DNA of 50,145 nucleotides from Salisapilia sapeloensis CBS 127946 (taxonomy: Eukaryota > Protista > Oomycota): positions 1 to 50,145 of the forward strand of contig JAADVB010000137.1 in the NCBI GenBank assembly GCA_023334545.1, in the 5' to 3' direction. The position numbers were made by a program, and so were the translations under genes. Numbering within the stretch: position 1 is the first letter of the stretch; every line of letters begins with the position of its first letter. Shown here one piece after another: positions 31,478 to 43,674 of this stretch. The notes beneath the pieces are model-generated. The model was given only the letters and a program-made list of their open reading frames with translations. It made no database searches and had not been told where the DNA came from.

Positions 31478-34100
31478 ATGTTCAAGACTGCACCATCCGA
31501 TGGATCGATAAAGCCGAAGAAGAAAATGGTCCCTCCTCCTTCACAGCCTCCCCCTCAAAGCAGCAACTCTGCTGCTGGAGCTTTTCGTGCTAAAGCTGGT
31601 GCACTACCACCACCGAAAGATCCTCCGCCATCGAATGCGATGCAAAGCTCAGTTGCCAAGGTTCGAAGTGCTGCTAAGACAAATAATTCAGGTGCAAAGC
31701 CCGTTGGGCCACCTCCTGCTAGGCCACCATCGGCAAAAGGCATACCAAAAGATACTTCTGACAACAAACTTGTATCTTCAAGTGCTGATGACTTTGAAAG
31801 AAATCACACCAGCAGTCAACAAGTTCCTGGTAAAAGTGAACCAAAGAACCTTCCTGTGGCGAAGACGAAGATTAGCAGACCTCCCTCCCGTGAGTCGACT
31901 TCACATCCAAAGTCTACTGCGCCACTTGTAGACCTACTTGGGGATTCGTCGCCGATTATAGCTTCCGAATCGTCAATGAAAACTACCAACTCTATCCAAC
32001 CTCACAGTCGGCCTTCAACTGCATCTACACATCTTAATGCTCGTGGAAGCTTTGACATTCGAAATGATAATACTGAGTCAAAAGCTAGTTATTCGGTAGG
32101 AATGCCGAGAGAGTCTGACTACTCATCGGCGGATAGACACAATGAACCTACGTATCGGCCATCATCGTCGGCATTTGGCACTACATCTTGGAAAGCACCA
32201 TCATTCGGCGCTCCTAGAGAGACCAAGCGAGGAATATCAAGCTATCTCGAAGACGAAGACACTTCGTCATCAATCGGCTTCCGATCAACTGCTGGTCGTG
32301 CGGCTCCCGTAAGTGGGACATTTCGAGCAACGAAAGCTGAAGATGAAGTATTTGTCGTCAAGAAAGTGGAAGCGAAAGACATTACTGGCAATGGAAAGAA
32401 AGAAGAGCCTTTGTCGAGTGGGTTGCACCAGGTTACCGTCAACGAGCGAGCTGACTGGAAGGCATCTTCCATGGCGAGTGACTATTCCTTGGATGGTGTT
32501 GAAGAGATTTGTTGTCTGCCAAATGGTAACATTGAGGTGATGCCAGTGAAAGATGGGACGGATGCGAAGCGAACGCCCTCAAGCGAGCGAGTTGATGATG
32601 AAATGCCCGAACTTCCGTTCTTCGAAAGCAAAAGTAATAAGCGCCTTGATGAGGAAGAGAAGCAGGAATCGAAAGCTGAGAGTATTCGTGAGGAGCGGAA
32701 CAGTGAAGGTCGAGACACTAGCTGGAAGTATGAATACCGTCACGATGAAGGCAAGACTGACGACGAAGAAAATGTTGAAACGAGATCCCACTCGTCCAGA
32801 TCGGGACGGGGGAAGCATAGTGATGAGGAAGATAGCAGAGAGCAAAATCGATCGACGACTGATCGCAAAGATAAAAGAAGAAGCAAGAGAAACCGCAAGC
32901 ATCATCGTGACTCGAAGAAGATCACTGCCCACGTAAGCTGTACCACTTTGATCGTCATTAAATTGCATATTTCATTTAGCTTTTATGCAGTTTTTCAATC
33001 CCAAAAACATGCCGTATGTACCGGAGGACTTGCTTGACTTTGTCCAGCGTCCCATCGACGGAGGTCGAGGTTGCATATTAAAGTGTTTTATCGAGCGCAA
33101 TGACACTGGATCGAATAAAATTGCCCCGATCTATACAATGCTCTTGGAAGTGAACAGCTCGAGCGGTAGACCGATCATGTATGCTCGTAAGAAACCGTCG
33201 AGTAGGATCACGTCCTACTACATCATCTCTCTGAATAAGTACGTGCATGTGCGGCATTCTTGTATCTCATGAGAATCACCACTATCCTATATGGAACAGA
33301 GAGGACCTCTTCTTGACGCGCTCGATGAGAAGTCATCAGTTCCTGGGAAAGCTACGATCGTCTGTATCAATGATGGAATACACGTTGTATGGTCAAGGCT
33401 CAAACCCAGAGGACGTCGATTCCGATTGTGAGGTGGATGATGAACTTCGAGACAGTCTGCGCCCAGAGTTGGCTTTTATTCGGTACCACAATAATCGCAA
33501 GGTATCATCTTTATAACATTAGATTGGCCATGTAAGAAGAACTAAAAGAGCTGCATATAGCAATACCCGCGTAAGATGGAAGTCTTGTTGCCTGCTGTTG
33601 TGGATAATGGCACAGCTTCATTAAATTGGAGACCGTTGACACGCGATCAAATGCTCCAAGAACACCAGCATAAGATTGCTTCGACGGTACGCATTCTTTC
33701 CACAGCCATAGGGTATACGTCTTACTGTAGCTTCGTGTAGGGAGGGCAAAACGTAACACACCACAATAACTTTATCTTTATGCACAAGCGAGAGAGCAAG
33801 TATGACCCATTGTCGTCGTGTATCGTGGATTTTCGTAGCCGAGCAACGTGCGTGTCGGTGAAGAACTTTCAGTTAGTGCATTCAGAGCCTATGGAAGAGG
33901 CTATGATAGACAAATACAGGAGTTTGCATCCGGAGTTTGTGTATGAAGATCAGGGCACCGTATCCATCCCTCAAGAGCATGTGATATTGCAACTGGGAAA
34001 GGTGGGGAAAGACTGCTTCAACGTGGACTTCCAGTACCCCCTGTCCATGCTCCAGGCTTTTGCCATCAGCTTAAGTCGATTTGATACAAAGCAGAGGTAG
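31478..34100 (+). CDS. Tubby-like protein (long disordered N-terminus, C-terminal Tub domain), ~796 aa
   Basis: Exons 31478-32932, 32991-33238, 33300-33501, 33561-33686 and 33741-34100, all GT-AG and in phase. Tub motifs FLGKLRSS, YPRKMEVLLP, DFRSRATCVSVKNFQL, LQLGKVGKDCFNVDFQYPLSMLQAFAISLSRFD. Confidence 0.88.
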
Positions 34101-34600
34101 ATCATAGACACGATTAAAAATAAAACTGAAATATACGCACTTTATCAGTACAAATAAGAATTCGGATGGAAGTCATGGACACCTAGACTAGAGTGCGACG
34201 TTTACTTTCCACCGAATGGGACGCATTCAATGTAATTCCAATCGCTTCTTCTATCGAGATAGTGGTACCCACCATTCTATTTTGGTGCATCGTGCGGGAA
34301 TACCTACGAAGATCGCGTCGGCAGGCAAGGCTGCCCCTGGAAGATACCGCCGCTTCAGCTCATCTGAGACGACTCCAAAAACCTGTCTTATTTGATAACC
34401 TGCACATGGCACATGTGTTCGTCTGATAGACTTCTGCATCAAGATACCTTTCATACGAATTAACCGATCCCTTACAAATCATCATTACGGCTTGTAAAAA
34501 TTCGATTCCAATCGAAACTCGTAACCTTCCCATCCTCCGCTCCATCTATCCGTGCTCCTCATAAGTACGACGACAGATACACTACTTTTGCATCTAGACA

Positions 34601-36355
34601 ATGGGCAAGTCGGAGGAGACCAAGCCTTTGCTAGGCACGACCAAGAGTCGAAAAGAAAATATCGTCACGAGAGTGCCGACCAAGGAGCAATTGTTGGAAA
34701 AACCGGCACCGGACTACAATACAGAGAAGGAGAAGCGCAAGAAGAAGAGCAAGGAGCCGGAGCTAGACGTGCGAGCCGAGTTCTGGGTGCTCTTCCCCAT
34801 GGCGCTCCAAGTCAGTGTCTCCACCTTTGCCAGAATTGCACTCACTTCCATTGACAGTGCCTTCCTTGGTCACGTCGGTACCAAGGAGCTAGCAGCCGCT
34901 TCCCTAGCAAATGTCTGGACAAGTGTGCCCATTTCGGCTGTATGGGCTGGTGCCTCCTCCATGACAACGCTGTGTGGACAAGCGTGGGGTGCCGGCAATG
35001 GAGTCTTGGCCGGTATCTGGTTGCAAATGGGCATCGTAGTTACCAGTTTCTGCTCCATCTTTGTCATCATTCTCTACTGGAACGTCGAATATGCGCTGGA
35101 GGCGTCCACGGATGACCCGGAAGTCATTCGCCTAGGCTCTCGGTTCTCCCGCATCTTGTCGCTCGTCATCTGGCCGCAACTGACCTACGCGTGCATCCGT
35201 CTGTACTTCCAGTCAATGGGCATCACGACGCCAACGACGATCGTCGGCGCAACTTCCATCGGTGTGGCTGTTGCTGCCAACTACTACTTGATCTACGGCT
35301 TCCTCGGGTGGGAAGGTCTCGGATTCGACGGATCTCCACTTGCATCCGCCGTCGCGTCGTGGTACCAGCCTATTATGCTCGTGTGGTACTGCATCTTTTA
35401 CAAGAAGATGCATCGCCAAGCGTGGGGAGGTTGGAACCTATCGGAGCTGACGATGCGTCGGTTTAAAATCTTCATGAGTATCTCGGGACCAGTGGCTGGC
35501 AATGGACTGTTGGCGATGCTGTCCAACTCGGTGCTATCTCTCGTCGCGATGAAGCTCGGGCCGGACATCATTGCCGCCAACGCCATCATCTCTGGTCTCT
35601 GGGGACTCCTCTGGGCACTCTTCTTTGGCTTTGGCATCGCCACGCAAGTGCGTGTCGCCAACTACTTGGGCTCCAGACGTCCGTTTGCGGCGCAAAAGGT
35701 TGCCATGCTAGGGTTTTGCACGACTTCTGTCGTTGTCGCTTGCTTGGCAGTCGTCGCGCTCTTGCTAGCTGACGACCTCTTCCGGCTGTACACGGAAGAC
35801 AACCATCTCCTCAACCTCTGCCTTCTCGTCCAGCCCATGTTCGTCTGCGCTTTCTTCATGGAGTCCATCGAGATCCTGTCGTCGTGTATATTAACAGCCA
35901 TGGGAGAGGTGAAAATTCCGGCGTTCACGAGCGTCGTTTCGACGTGGTTCGTCCAGCTCCCGACAGCGTACGTCGGCGGTATCTGGCTCGGCTTTGGCTT
36001 CCCAGCACTCTGGTACGGCATATTGTTCATGGAAGCAGTCAAGCTCACGGTCTTCCTCGTCGCCATCGCACGTACGGACTGGAAGCAAATGTCCAGGAAG
36101 GCAGCGGAGAATATGGAAATGAAGTACGAAACGACTGATGATGAAGGCGATGATGAGGCGCTGCGTATGGCCATGGTGGAGGCCGATATGACGCCGAACA
36201 GTATGAACGCAGTCGTCCGGTCTCCCATGACACCCCAGGCGATCAATACGCCTCAAGGCCAACGTAAGACGTGGGACAAGATCGAAGAGGACTTGCGTGA
36301 AGAGGACAGTGGACCAAAACGTCGTCACCAGCGTGCTGCCAGCAGTCTCGCCTAG
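34601..36355 (+). CDS. MATE family efflux transporter, 584 aa
   Basis: FLGHVGTKELAAASLA, TLCGQAWGAGN, QVRVANYLGSRRP, two MatE halves, ~12 TMs. Confidence 0.92.
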   Translation: MGKSEETKPLLGTTKSRKENIVTRVPTKEQLLEKPAPDYNTEKEKRKKKSKEPELDVRAEFWVLFPMALQVSVSTFARIALTSIDSAFLGHVGTKELAAASLANVWTSVPISAVWAGASSMTTLCGQAWGAGNGVLAGIWLQMGIVVTSFCSIFVIILYWNVEYALEASTDDPEVIRLGSRFSRILSLVIWPQLTYACIRLYFQSMGITTPTTIVGATSIGVAVAANYYLIYGFLGWEGLGFDGSPLASAVASWYQPIMLVWYCIFYKKMHRQAWGGWNLSELTMRRFKIFMSISGPVAGNGLLAMLSNSVLSLVAMKLGPDIIAANAIISGLWGLLWALFFGFGIATQVRVANYLGSRRPFAAQKVAMLGFCTTSVVVACLAVVALLLADDLFRLYTEDNHLLNLCLLVQPMFVCAFFMESIEILSSCILTAMGEVKIPAFTSVVSTWFVQLPTAYVGGIWLGFGFPALWYGILFMEAVKLTVFLVAIARTDWKQMSRKAAENMEMKYETTDDEGDDEALRMAMVEADMTPNSMNAVVRSPMTPQAINTPQGQRKTWDKIEEDLREEDSGPKRRHQRAASSLA

Positions 36356-36464
36356 AGCCTTCGTGATCTACACGTTGGCAGCGATAGACAAGTAATAAAC
36401 ACATCCAACTTCAATGGATCAAGAGTTTTTTATTTTCGTACATGTAGACGCATGGATGCAGGAT

Positions 36465-38071
36465 CTAGTTTCGTGCTTCCGGGCAGCCGTCTCCTGGACG
36501 ACGAGACTGGATGTCACTTACCAAGGCGGATGGTAGCTCTCCCTTCTCCATAAAGCCCTTCATGTGGAGAATAGGAGCGACACCGATCTTGGAGATGGAC
36601 TGGCCTTGAATCAGTTCGCTGTACTTTTGCGGATGGAAATTGGACAGAGGGTCGTTGCTTGCGTCGACTTCGGCACTGACGCTTTCAGCGACCTTAAACA
36701 GAGCGTCAATGTCGTTCATCTTCATGAACGGACACGTGGCGCATCCTCCGGCAGTCGAGCATCCTTCTCCGCCAGCAACGCCAGGCACAAGCTGCTCCTC
36801 TTCCGTCGACACAGCGTCGGCAGCTACGGGGAAAATGATTTCGACCTCTGGCTTCTTGCCTTTAGGAGCAGCCTGGAGCGTCTGCTGGACACCGCGGACG
36901 ATTGCGGTGATCATGCCAGCTTCCGTGCCGAGGACAAAGCTCAGCTTTTCGTCCGAGCCCTGGGCAATGGCTGCCTCGGTCTTGGCTTTGATAAAGTTTA
37001 AGATGTTGGAAGTGGATCCGACGACACCTCGGTCTTGATTCTGAGCTTCCATCGCCAGCGTGAACATTTCGCCTGGCACTTCAAAGTGAGCCGTGTGGTA
37101 CGCATGCGAGTACTCGTCCCGCACACGCTGCGTCACCTTGTCGCCGAACATATGATGCACGACGCAGTTACCTTCTTTAAAGTAGTCAAAGCGAGTCAAA
37201 AGTTCCTGGATCGTCTTCTGGTTGTGCTTGGGATGGATCATGGCGATCTGGTCGTCCGACAACGTCGCAATGTGACGGAACATTTGCTCTAGGTTCTCAC
37301 CCATGTATGTGTCCGGTCCGTACCAGATACGCAAGTCTGGAACTTGGGCAAACGACTGGAGCACCGTCTGGACGACGTTGGATGAAGTGCACGTGATAGT
37401 CGGCACAATGTCATGTGCAAACGCTTTACTACGTAAGGATGTGTTGATGTAGACGACGTGGAGGCTGTTGGGCGTTTGAGCAGCCTTGGTCAAATATGCG
37501 GCGTAGGCTCGTTTTTCAGCCGATTCAGCCAAACTGCACCCAATCTTGCTCTCCGAGAGACGGTAGACTGGAATGTGTTCGAATCCGTTCGAGTCCAAGT
37601 TCGCTCGCACGCTTTCCGACATAAAGTCGACGCCCAAGACGGCCACAGACTGGATACCCTTCTGTGCCATTTTTGCAGCAGCTTCTCCCATCGCCAACGA
37701 GTCGGCAATAAACGTATGCGGCCACGAGAGGGACGAAAGGATGCCCTGGAGCTCAGGGTCCATGTAAAAGTGGGCAACAATGCCCATCTTCTTCTCGTGT
37801 AGGATCTTATCTAGCTCCTGGACGACCGTCGGGTCCGGCTTCAGGTACGTCGCTTGTGCCTCGGCGAATGATCCTTGGGCGGTGATGTCATTCTCTGTGA
37901 TCTGTCGCATAAAATTAGTATATGGAGAATGTAAAGGTCCTAGGAGTGGAGTACCATGATGGAAGGGAAGGGTCGGTCCCACGATGTTTGGAGAGGCTCT
38001 GCGGCGGTGGACTTGGCTCGCACGAGAGCTGCATTTCGCACTTTAAGAGTAGATCGGAAGGCGGCACGCAT
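36465..38071 (-). CDS. nadA: Quinolinate synthase A (plant-QS-like, no SufE domain) with predicted mitochondrial presequence, ~517 aa
   Basis: Exons 38071-37955 and 37901-36465 (53-nt intron). Motifs VAHFYMDPE, DSLAM, GVDFMSE, IGCSLA, VYINTS, CTSSN, GNCVVH, HFEVP, GTEAGM and GGCATCPFMKMN; three Fe-S Cys present. Exon 1 encodes MRAAFRSTLKVRNAALVRAKST. Confidence 0.92.
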
Positions 38072-38080
38072 GGTGTTTGG

Positions 38081-38090
38081 AAAATGAGTA
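38081..38090 (-). promoter_or_regulatory. Putative INR upstream of nadA exon 1
   Basis: TACTCATTTT on the minus strand, 10-19 nt before ATG 38071. Short motif. Confidence 0.35.
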
Positions 38091-38717
38091 TTGAGAGGAT
38101 CGGCGCAAAAGCTGGAATGGGATGTTCTGGGTGTGGGTGACCTCTCGTCGCGATCTTTATGGACCGTCGGAATTGCGAAAGAGGAGGGGTCACGTCCTAT
38201 TTTATAGCGACCAGTTCAAGCAACTGGCTTTCTGGTCGGTATCGTCACTTTGCGACTGGCGTATGAGCTTGCGTGGATTCTTGTCCTAGACGTGTGGTAT
38301 CTCACGGTAGGATTCTCTGGTATCTTGGACAAAATGATCGCTCCAGGTGTACCCACGAGCACCAATTAACTCGCTGGGTATGTCACTTGAAAACATACAG
38401 CTTTCACGATGGAAATCGATCTCGCAATCGGTAGATGACGTTTTAGTTGTAAAAGACATACATCTAGTAGGTTCCTTTTCCTAAAGTTCAAGAACCATGG
38501 TTGTACCAGGTGGTACAACACGCACAACACGCCATGGAGACAGCATTACTGTCTTCTAGCGCTGTAATCTCTCTATATCGTTTCTCAGACTGGTTGAACC
38601 TACCTCTAGTGGGTATTTAAGGTAAGCGTATATACAATTATATCTATATCCAATCTCTTTACCACCTAGGTGCAATGGATAGTAAAAAACGTTCGTTCTG
38701 AATTGTCTTTCATGTTG

Positions 38718-40089
38718 CTATCTCGGTCCGTCTCTCGCTTCATGTAATTGACTTGGTGAGTCTGATCGATGCCTGCCACCTTCTTCCACCTCTAAGCTAG
38801 GTTCTTCGTCGACATTCATGTGCATCTTTTCCAATGATAAATTCTCGGTCGTAATCAGTTTCTCCCGCATAGCGTGCCACCCTTCCAAATCCAGTTGTAG
38901 CTGCGCTCTCCTTGGCTGCCTCCTTTCTTCCTCCAATCTTCTGCGTGCCACCAATCGCTTCCGATAGAAGCGTAGTCCAATACCCAAAGCGACCGAGAAG
39001 ACAATGATGCAGCCGATCATTATAAATGCCAAATCAGACAGATTATTCATAATGCCGATGGAATAAGACCCTGTACTCCCACACATATCATCCTGGATCA
39101 TAGCTGCTCTTCCAGGTGACTCACAAGCAGATACACAGACGCATCCGTTCTCGCCGACACAATATGCACTCGGGTTTTTATCTGCATCATTGAATTCTGT
39201 CTTCTTGCAATCAACGCAGATCGGATCATCTGACTCGCAGTAGGTCGTATTGACCGATGGAAAGTAGTGGTCTGCTGCTGCCGACGAGTTCCGTCGAAAG
39301 TCTCGACTGTAGTCATAGAACTTCATGTCGGTGCACAATCCAGAGGGCGTGATGACACAGTTCGTGCCAGAGTACAAGTTCGTATTAAGACAATCAAAGC
39401 AGGTACGAGGAATGGAGCAGTATGTGCTGTTTAGATACCACATGCACTCATCTTCGTGGCTGTAGACGTTCTTGGTCGTTGGTTCCGACACGTGGTTGCG
39501 GTCGATAGCACCGTCGTTTAAACTGTTATTCTCTGCCAAGGCACAGTCGCTCGCATTGTCCTGTGTCTTCAAGGCAGTTTCCAACTGACCGAGCGCATAG
39601 TTTCGCCATGTGATGTCTTCACACACGGCCACACAGACGCATCCCTCATGTCCTACGCAATAGAGTGACGGATTCAAGCTAGGCTTACGAAACGTATGCT
39701 CTCGACAGCGGCTGCAGATCGAGTCATTAAGTTCGCAGTAGGTCGAATTCAGGGCTGGAAAGTAGTTGTAATGAATCGGGTATTGGCTCGCGTAGCCTCC
39801 ACGACGATAGTCTTCACTTTTATTATAGCTGGATATATCCTTGCACAGACCAGTTGGTGTTAATGTACATTCCTACGCGACCCGGTTAGCGCTAGTAAAG
39901 AAGTGAGAAGACTGGAGTGTGTACCTGCCCCGAAGCCAGTGGCGTGTTCAGACAGTCATAGCATGTGCGAGGCTCGATAGTGCACGTGCCGTCATCTGCC
40001 TGTACTGTGTAGTAAGAGCAGGTGTCTCCGAGCTCTTCATCGACCATAGCCATGGCACTAGAGGCGGAGGCAGAAGTCTTGCTGGCCAT
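38718..40089 (-). CDS. Single-pass membrane protein with two tandem Cys-rich modules (paralogue of 27395-28666), ~439 aa
   Basis: Exons 40089-39925 and 39872-38718 (52-nt intron joins SGQ-ECTLTP). Two copies of C..C..PRTC.DCLN..C..TP.GLC..YFP..N.TYCE..D.IC..C..YCVG..GCVCV..CE, many NxS/T sequons, TM, then LDLEGWHAMREKLITTE. Confidence 0.82.
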
Positions 40090-40375
40090 CTCGAAGGCCA
40101 GAATGAATCTGACCAGTGTACTTGACTTGATCTGAGTATGCTTCTCAGACGGGCCAGCACATTACCAGATGTGCGCTGCTGGACTTGGGCTCGTGTGGAG
40201 GTTCGAAAGAAGCGACTTGACACAAACGCCCTCGGGTCGTGTCCGATACTTGACACTGTGTCTTTGTACAGTTGTCGTCTGTCTGTCATGTATGCATTTG
40301 TAGGAATTGTTGATAAGAAAAGATAAAGAGGAATTGAACCGACTGGAATGTGATATTTCTTCTTGAAACGAACGC

Positions 40376-42029
40376 TTACACGGCACTACCGTAGGCCGAG
40401 ACAAGTGCGTCGCCATGGAATTCACGCCATCCACTGACCAATCGCTCATACTTTTCCGGATGGTTGCGATTGAGGCTCACGGGATCCTCGGCAAAACACA
40501 CAAAAACAGTGTGCAGAGCTGTCACGACGACGCGCGCAAGGATCATAGCCATGCTAAAGCCAGCAATGAACCCAATCGTTCCCAACGTAGCTGTATACAT
40601 CAATGAGTACAAGACTTATCTACTTGGTAAGATAATAATAAGTTACCGTAAGGAGCTTCGGCGGATCGGAAAGCAGTGAACCAGTCGGTGTTTCCGAAAC
40701 GAGCGATCAGTAGACCGGCACAGCACGTGGCTACACCGACGCCGAGCGCGCCAAAGGACAGTGCGCTGGACGTGAGGTCGTCGTTGATGACAGCCGTCCA
40801 TCCTCGGTTCCGGAAGAGTTCCATCACTGCTTTTCCACTCGTACGGAAGTCGTAGCCATAGATGCCGACGTAGACATATGCGAACGAGTTAAAATACTCC
40901 ATGATGCCTTCCAAACAGTTGAGGATGCACTCCGCCATGCACGCGACGCAGGCTAGAGCTGTGTTCTCATCCTCCCTCGCCTGTTCCTTAAGCACATTCG
41001 CCATCTACAAACACAGTACCATTAAGATATGTAAAAAGCAGAACTAGGGTCAAGACATACTGTTCGGAGAGCCTGCAGGATGGCTACGAGTAACGAGCCG
41101 AGGCAGATACTGCCAAAAGACGTGGTCATGGATCGGTACAATGCACCAAAGGTAGCCTTCTGAGCGTTCGGCTGGTACCACCAGGTCGCCACGACGCCAG
41201 CGGTGGTGCAGGTCAAGACATTCTGTAGCACTTGTTGTCCCCAGTAGACAGAGATGAGGAGGAAGAAGACAGCGGTACCTCCTGCCGTTCCTCCGCACAT
41301 GTGGCCTTCCAGTCCTCCGTTACGACCATACCTCGGCGTGTTAAATCCTTTCTGACACTCCGGATCGTTCGCCTGGAGACTATTGTAGACACCGAGGAAG
41401 GCGAGAGACCAGAGCATGAGCCACACTGTCTGCTTGACCACGAGTATGAGGGCGACACCAAAGATGGACGAGTGCTCAGATACGGCTGCACAGGCAGCTT
41501 GGAGATTGGCTGTAGCAAAGGCGATTCGACGCTGGACAAGATATATGTAGCACACGTTGATAGCCGCGAATGCCAGGAAGAGGACACCAGCAACTGGATT
41601 CGCGAGAAAAGAGGCAATTGCGAAGATAGTGGTGAGTGCGACGTTGAGCCATAGTGCCACTTGGATCATCGTGGACGCGAAGGCCATGAGCAGCCTCATC
41701 CAGGCCATGCTGATGACGACACCTGCGCCCACAAGGACAGCCGAGAGGACGAATACCATGGTATAGTCCGACCCGGCGGAAGGCTCTTCACCAACGCCTC
41801 GTACGTGGGATTTAAGAGCTGGTATGCCTAGCCAGAAAGCGAGCACAGCGATGGAAGCGACATTAAGAAGGAAGAGAAGCGCAAAGATGGCATCGTTGCA
41901 CTTTTGCGGAGGCTTGTCCATCCGCATGGTTTGGACAGCATCTTCATTTGGAGCAGACACATGCTGTGCCCCAGTCCACTTTTCGCCTGGACCGAGCATC
42001 GGCTCGTTCTCCCGAGACTCCGTGTACAT
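40376..42029 (-). CDS. Second CTL/SLC44/PNS1 protein, ~513 aa
   Basis: Exons 42029-41061, 41004-40647 and 40590-40376 (two 56-nt introns). Motifs TTSFGSICLGSLLVAILQ, YFNSFAYVYVGIYG and TVFVCFAEDP. Confidence 0.9.
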
Positions 42030-42286
42030 TCCGCTTCGTCTCTTTTTAGCGGCTTTTCACGTTTTTGCAAATGAAGACAATCGCTTCTCATCCAAAGCAT
42101 TCAAATAGCAAGAGTAGTGTGTACATTTGTAATCTATGGGGTCCATATCGAACGATTGAGCACGAAGAAATGGAAACAAGCTTTCTTCCTCGGTGTTATT
42201 GGTCTTAATATAGTCAAAGGAACAAAAGAAGAGGTGGGTAGTATACTACTCGATTGAAGGATGTGAGATTTCAAAATGGAATCTTC

Positions 42287-43201
42287 TTAAGCACCGTACT
42301 TAGGAGCAAAACCTAGTCGAAAGGCTATTTCAGAGATAAAAGCACGAATGTCCATCGTGCCGTACGTGCCGTTCGTTTCGACTTCTTGCGAATTAAAGGT
42401 CTTGACGCCGTCGCAACGAGTGGCGTTGGGCTGATGGAATGTCAGCATCAATCTGTCTTTTGCTGTCGACGCATAGCTTGCGTCCGACTGCTTGTCAGCA
42501 CTTTGCTGCGGCTTGAACGGATGCACCGACTCGTCCGATGACGTTGCAGCGTCTACCTTTTCAACGACAGCCAGCATACAAGGATTGTTGGCCACTTCGT
42601 CTTGTTTTACGAGTAGTTGAGTGAAAAGCTGGTGCACCCATGGAGCTTTGGAATGGATCTCCGAGCTAGAGATTGGCAGGTGGATGAACACGAGCTGCTT
42701 GGACGTGGAGTGCTCCGATACGAGCGCATGAATCTCGTCAATGACGGCGGATGTAGCATCCAAGTCAACTGATTTGGTTGTTTCGAGTCCTGATGCTTTG
42801 ACCCATGCAGCCACTTGCGGACTAGAGCTGTAGAATGCTACTGGGAGCGTTGGGTATCTACATAAAACCATGATTTATGCCTGTTAGGACCGGTCAGATT
42901 CGAAATTTAATACATCATGTTGTACGTACTGTAGCTGGCCATCATCCTGAATACCCAGCAGTTTAGATAGGATGTGCTTCTGACTGTTGGAAGCGTCATC
43001 TACTTATGTCGTTCATTAATTCCATCGGATTCGATCAGGATGAACAGCGTATTGTCGAAGGCAGCTACCTGCGTATTGGAGGAACCCATTGCATCCACGC
43101 TCCGCCACGTCGTCAATGGCTGTCCTGTTACCGCTCGCCCCGGAAGGAACCTCGTCCGGGCAGAGGCATAGGATCAAGATCTTTGATGATTGTGTTGTCA
43201 T
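42287..43201 (-). CDS. Uncharacterised soluble protein ending in FAPKYGA, ~257 aa
   Basis: Exons 43201-43069, 42999-42930 and 42857-42287 (69- and 72-nt introns, phases consistent). N-terminal DDVAERGCNGFL and C-terminal EIAFRLGFAPKYGA recall an uncharacterised family also seen in plants (from memory). Confidence 0.65.
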
Positions 43202-43674
43202 TTGGAGTATTGGAAAGTGTCGATTAGATTAGTTGTGAGTCGAAATTTTCATACAAAAAAATACGAGCCAGAAATGACATTTGGACTATTCTGCTCGTGA
43301 CACTAAATTTCATGCTGTTGAATGAAATGACTTCGAAGTTGAAGTAAAGACCTTGACAGATCTGTAGGCTCTCGACATGCCAGATTTCTATTAGACTTTT
43401 GTTCGATAGTACATTTTTATGATCATCCAGTGTTTGATTAATTTGTTGTTGTTTGCATTTCCATCCATGTATCCTGTCCAATTCGCAATATAACCTTATT
43501 GCTGAAGTCGAATATTCTCTAGTATCAGCAGAGTCGTATAAAGCGTAATGAGGGATGGATTGAGTATGCCGAACATTTAAGTAAAACACAGGAAGCTTAT
43601 CATTGCAAGGAAGGCATAAAGGAATTGTATTGACAAACGATGCCCACAGTTTTCTCCAGAACGAGTCAAAAAGT

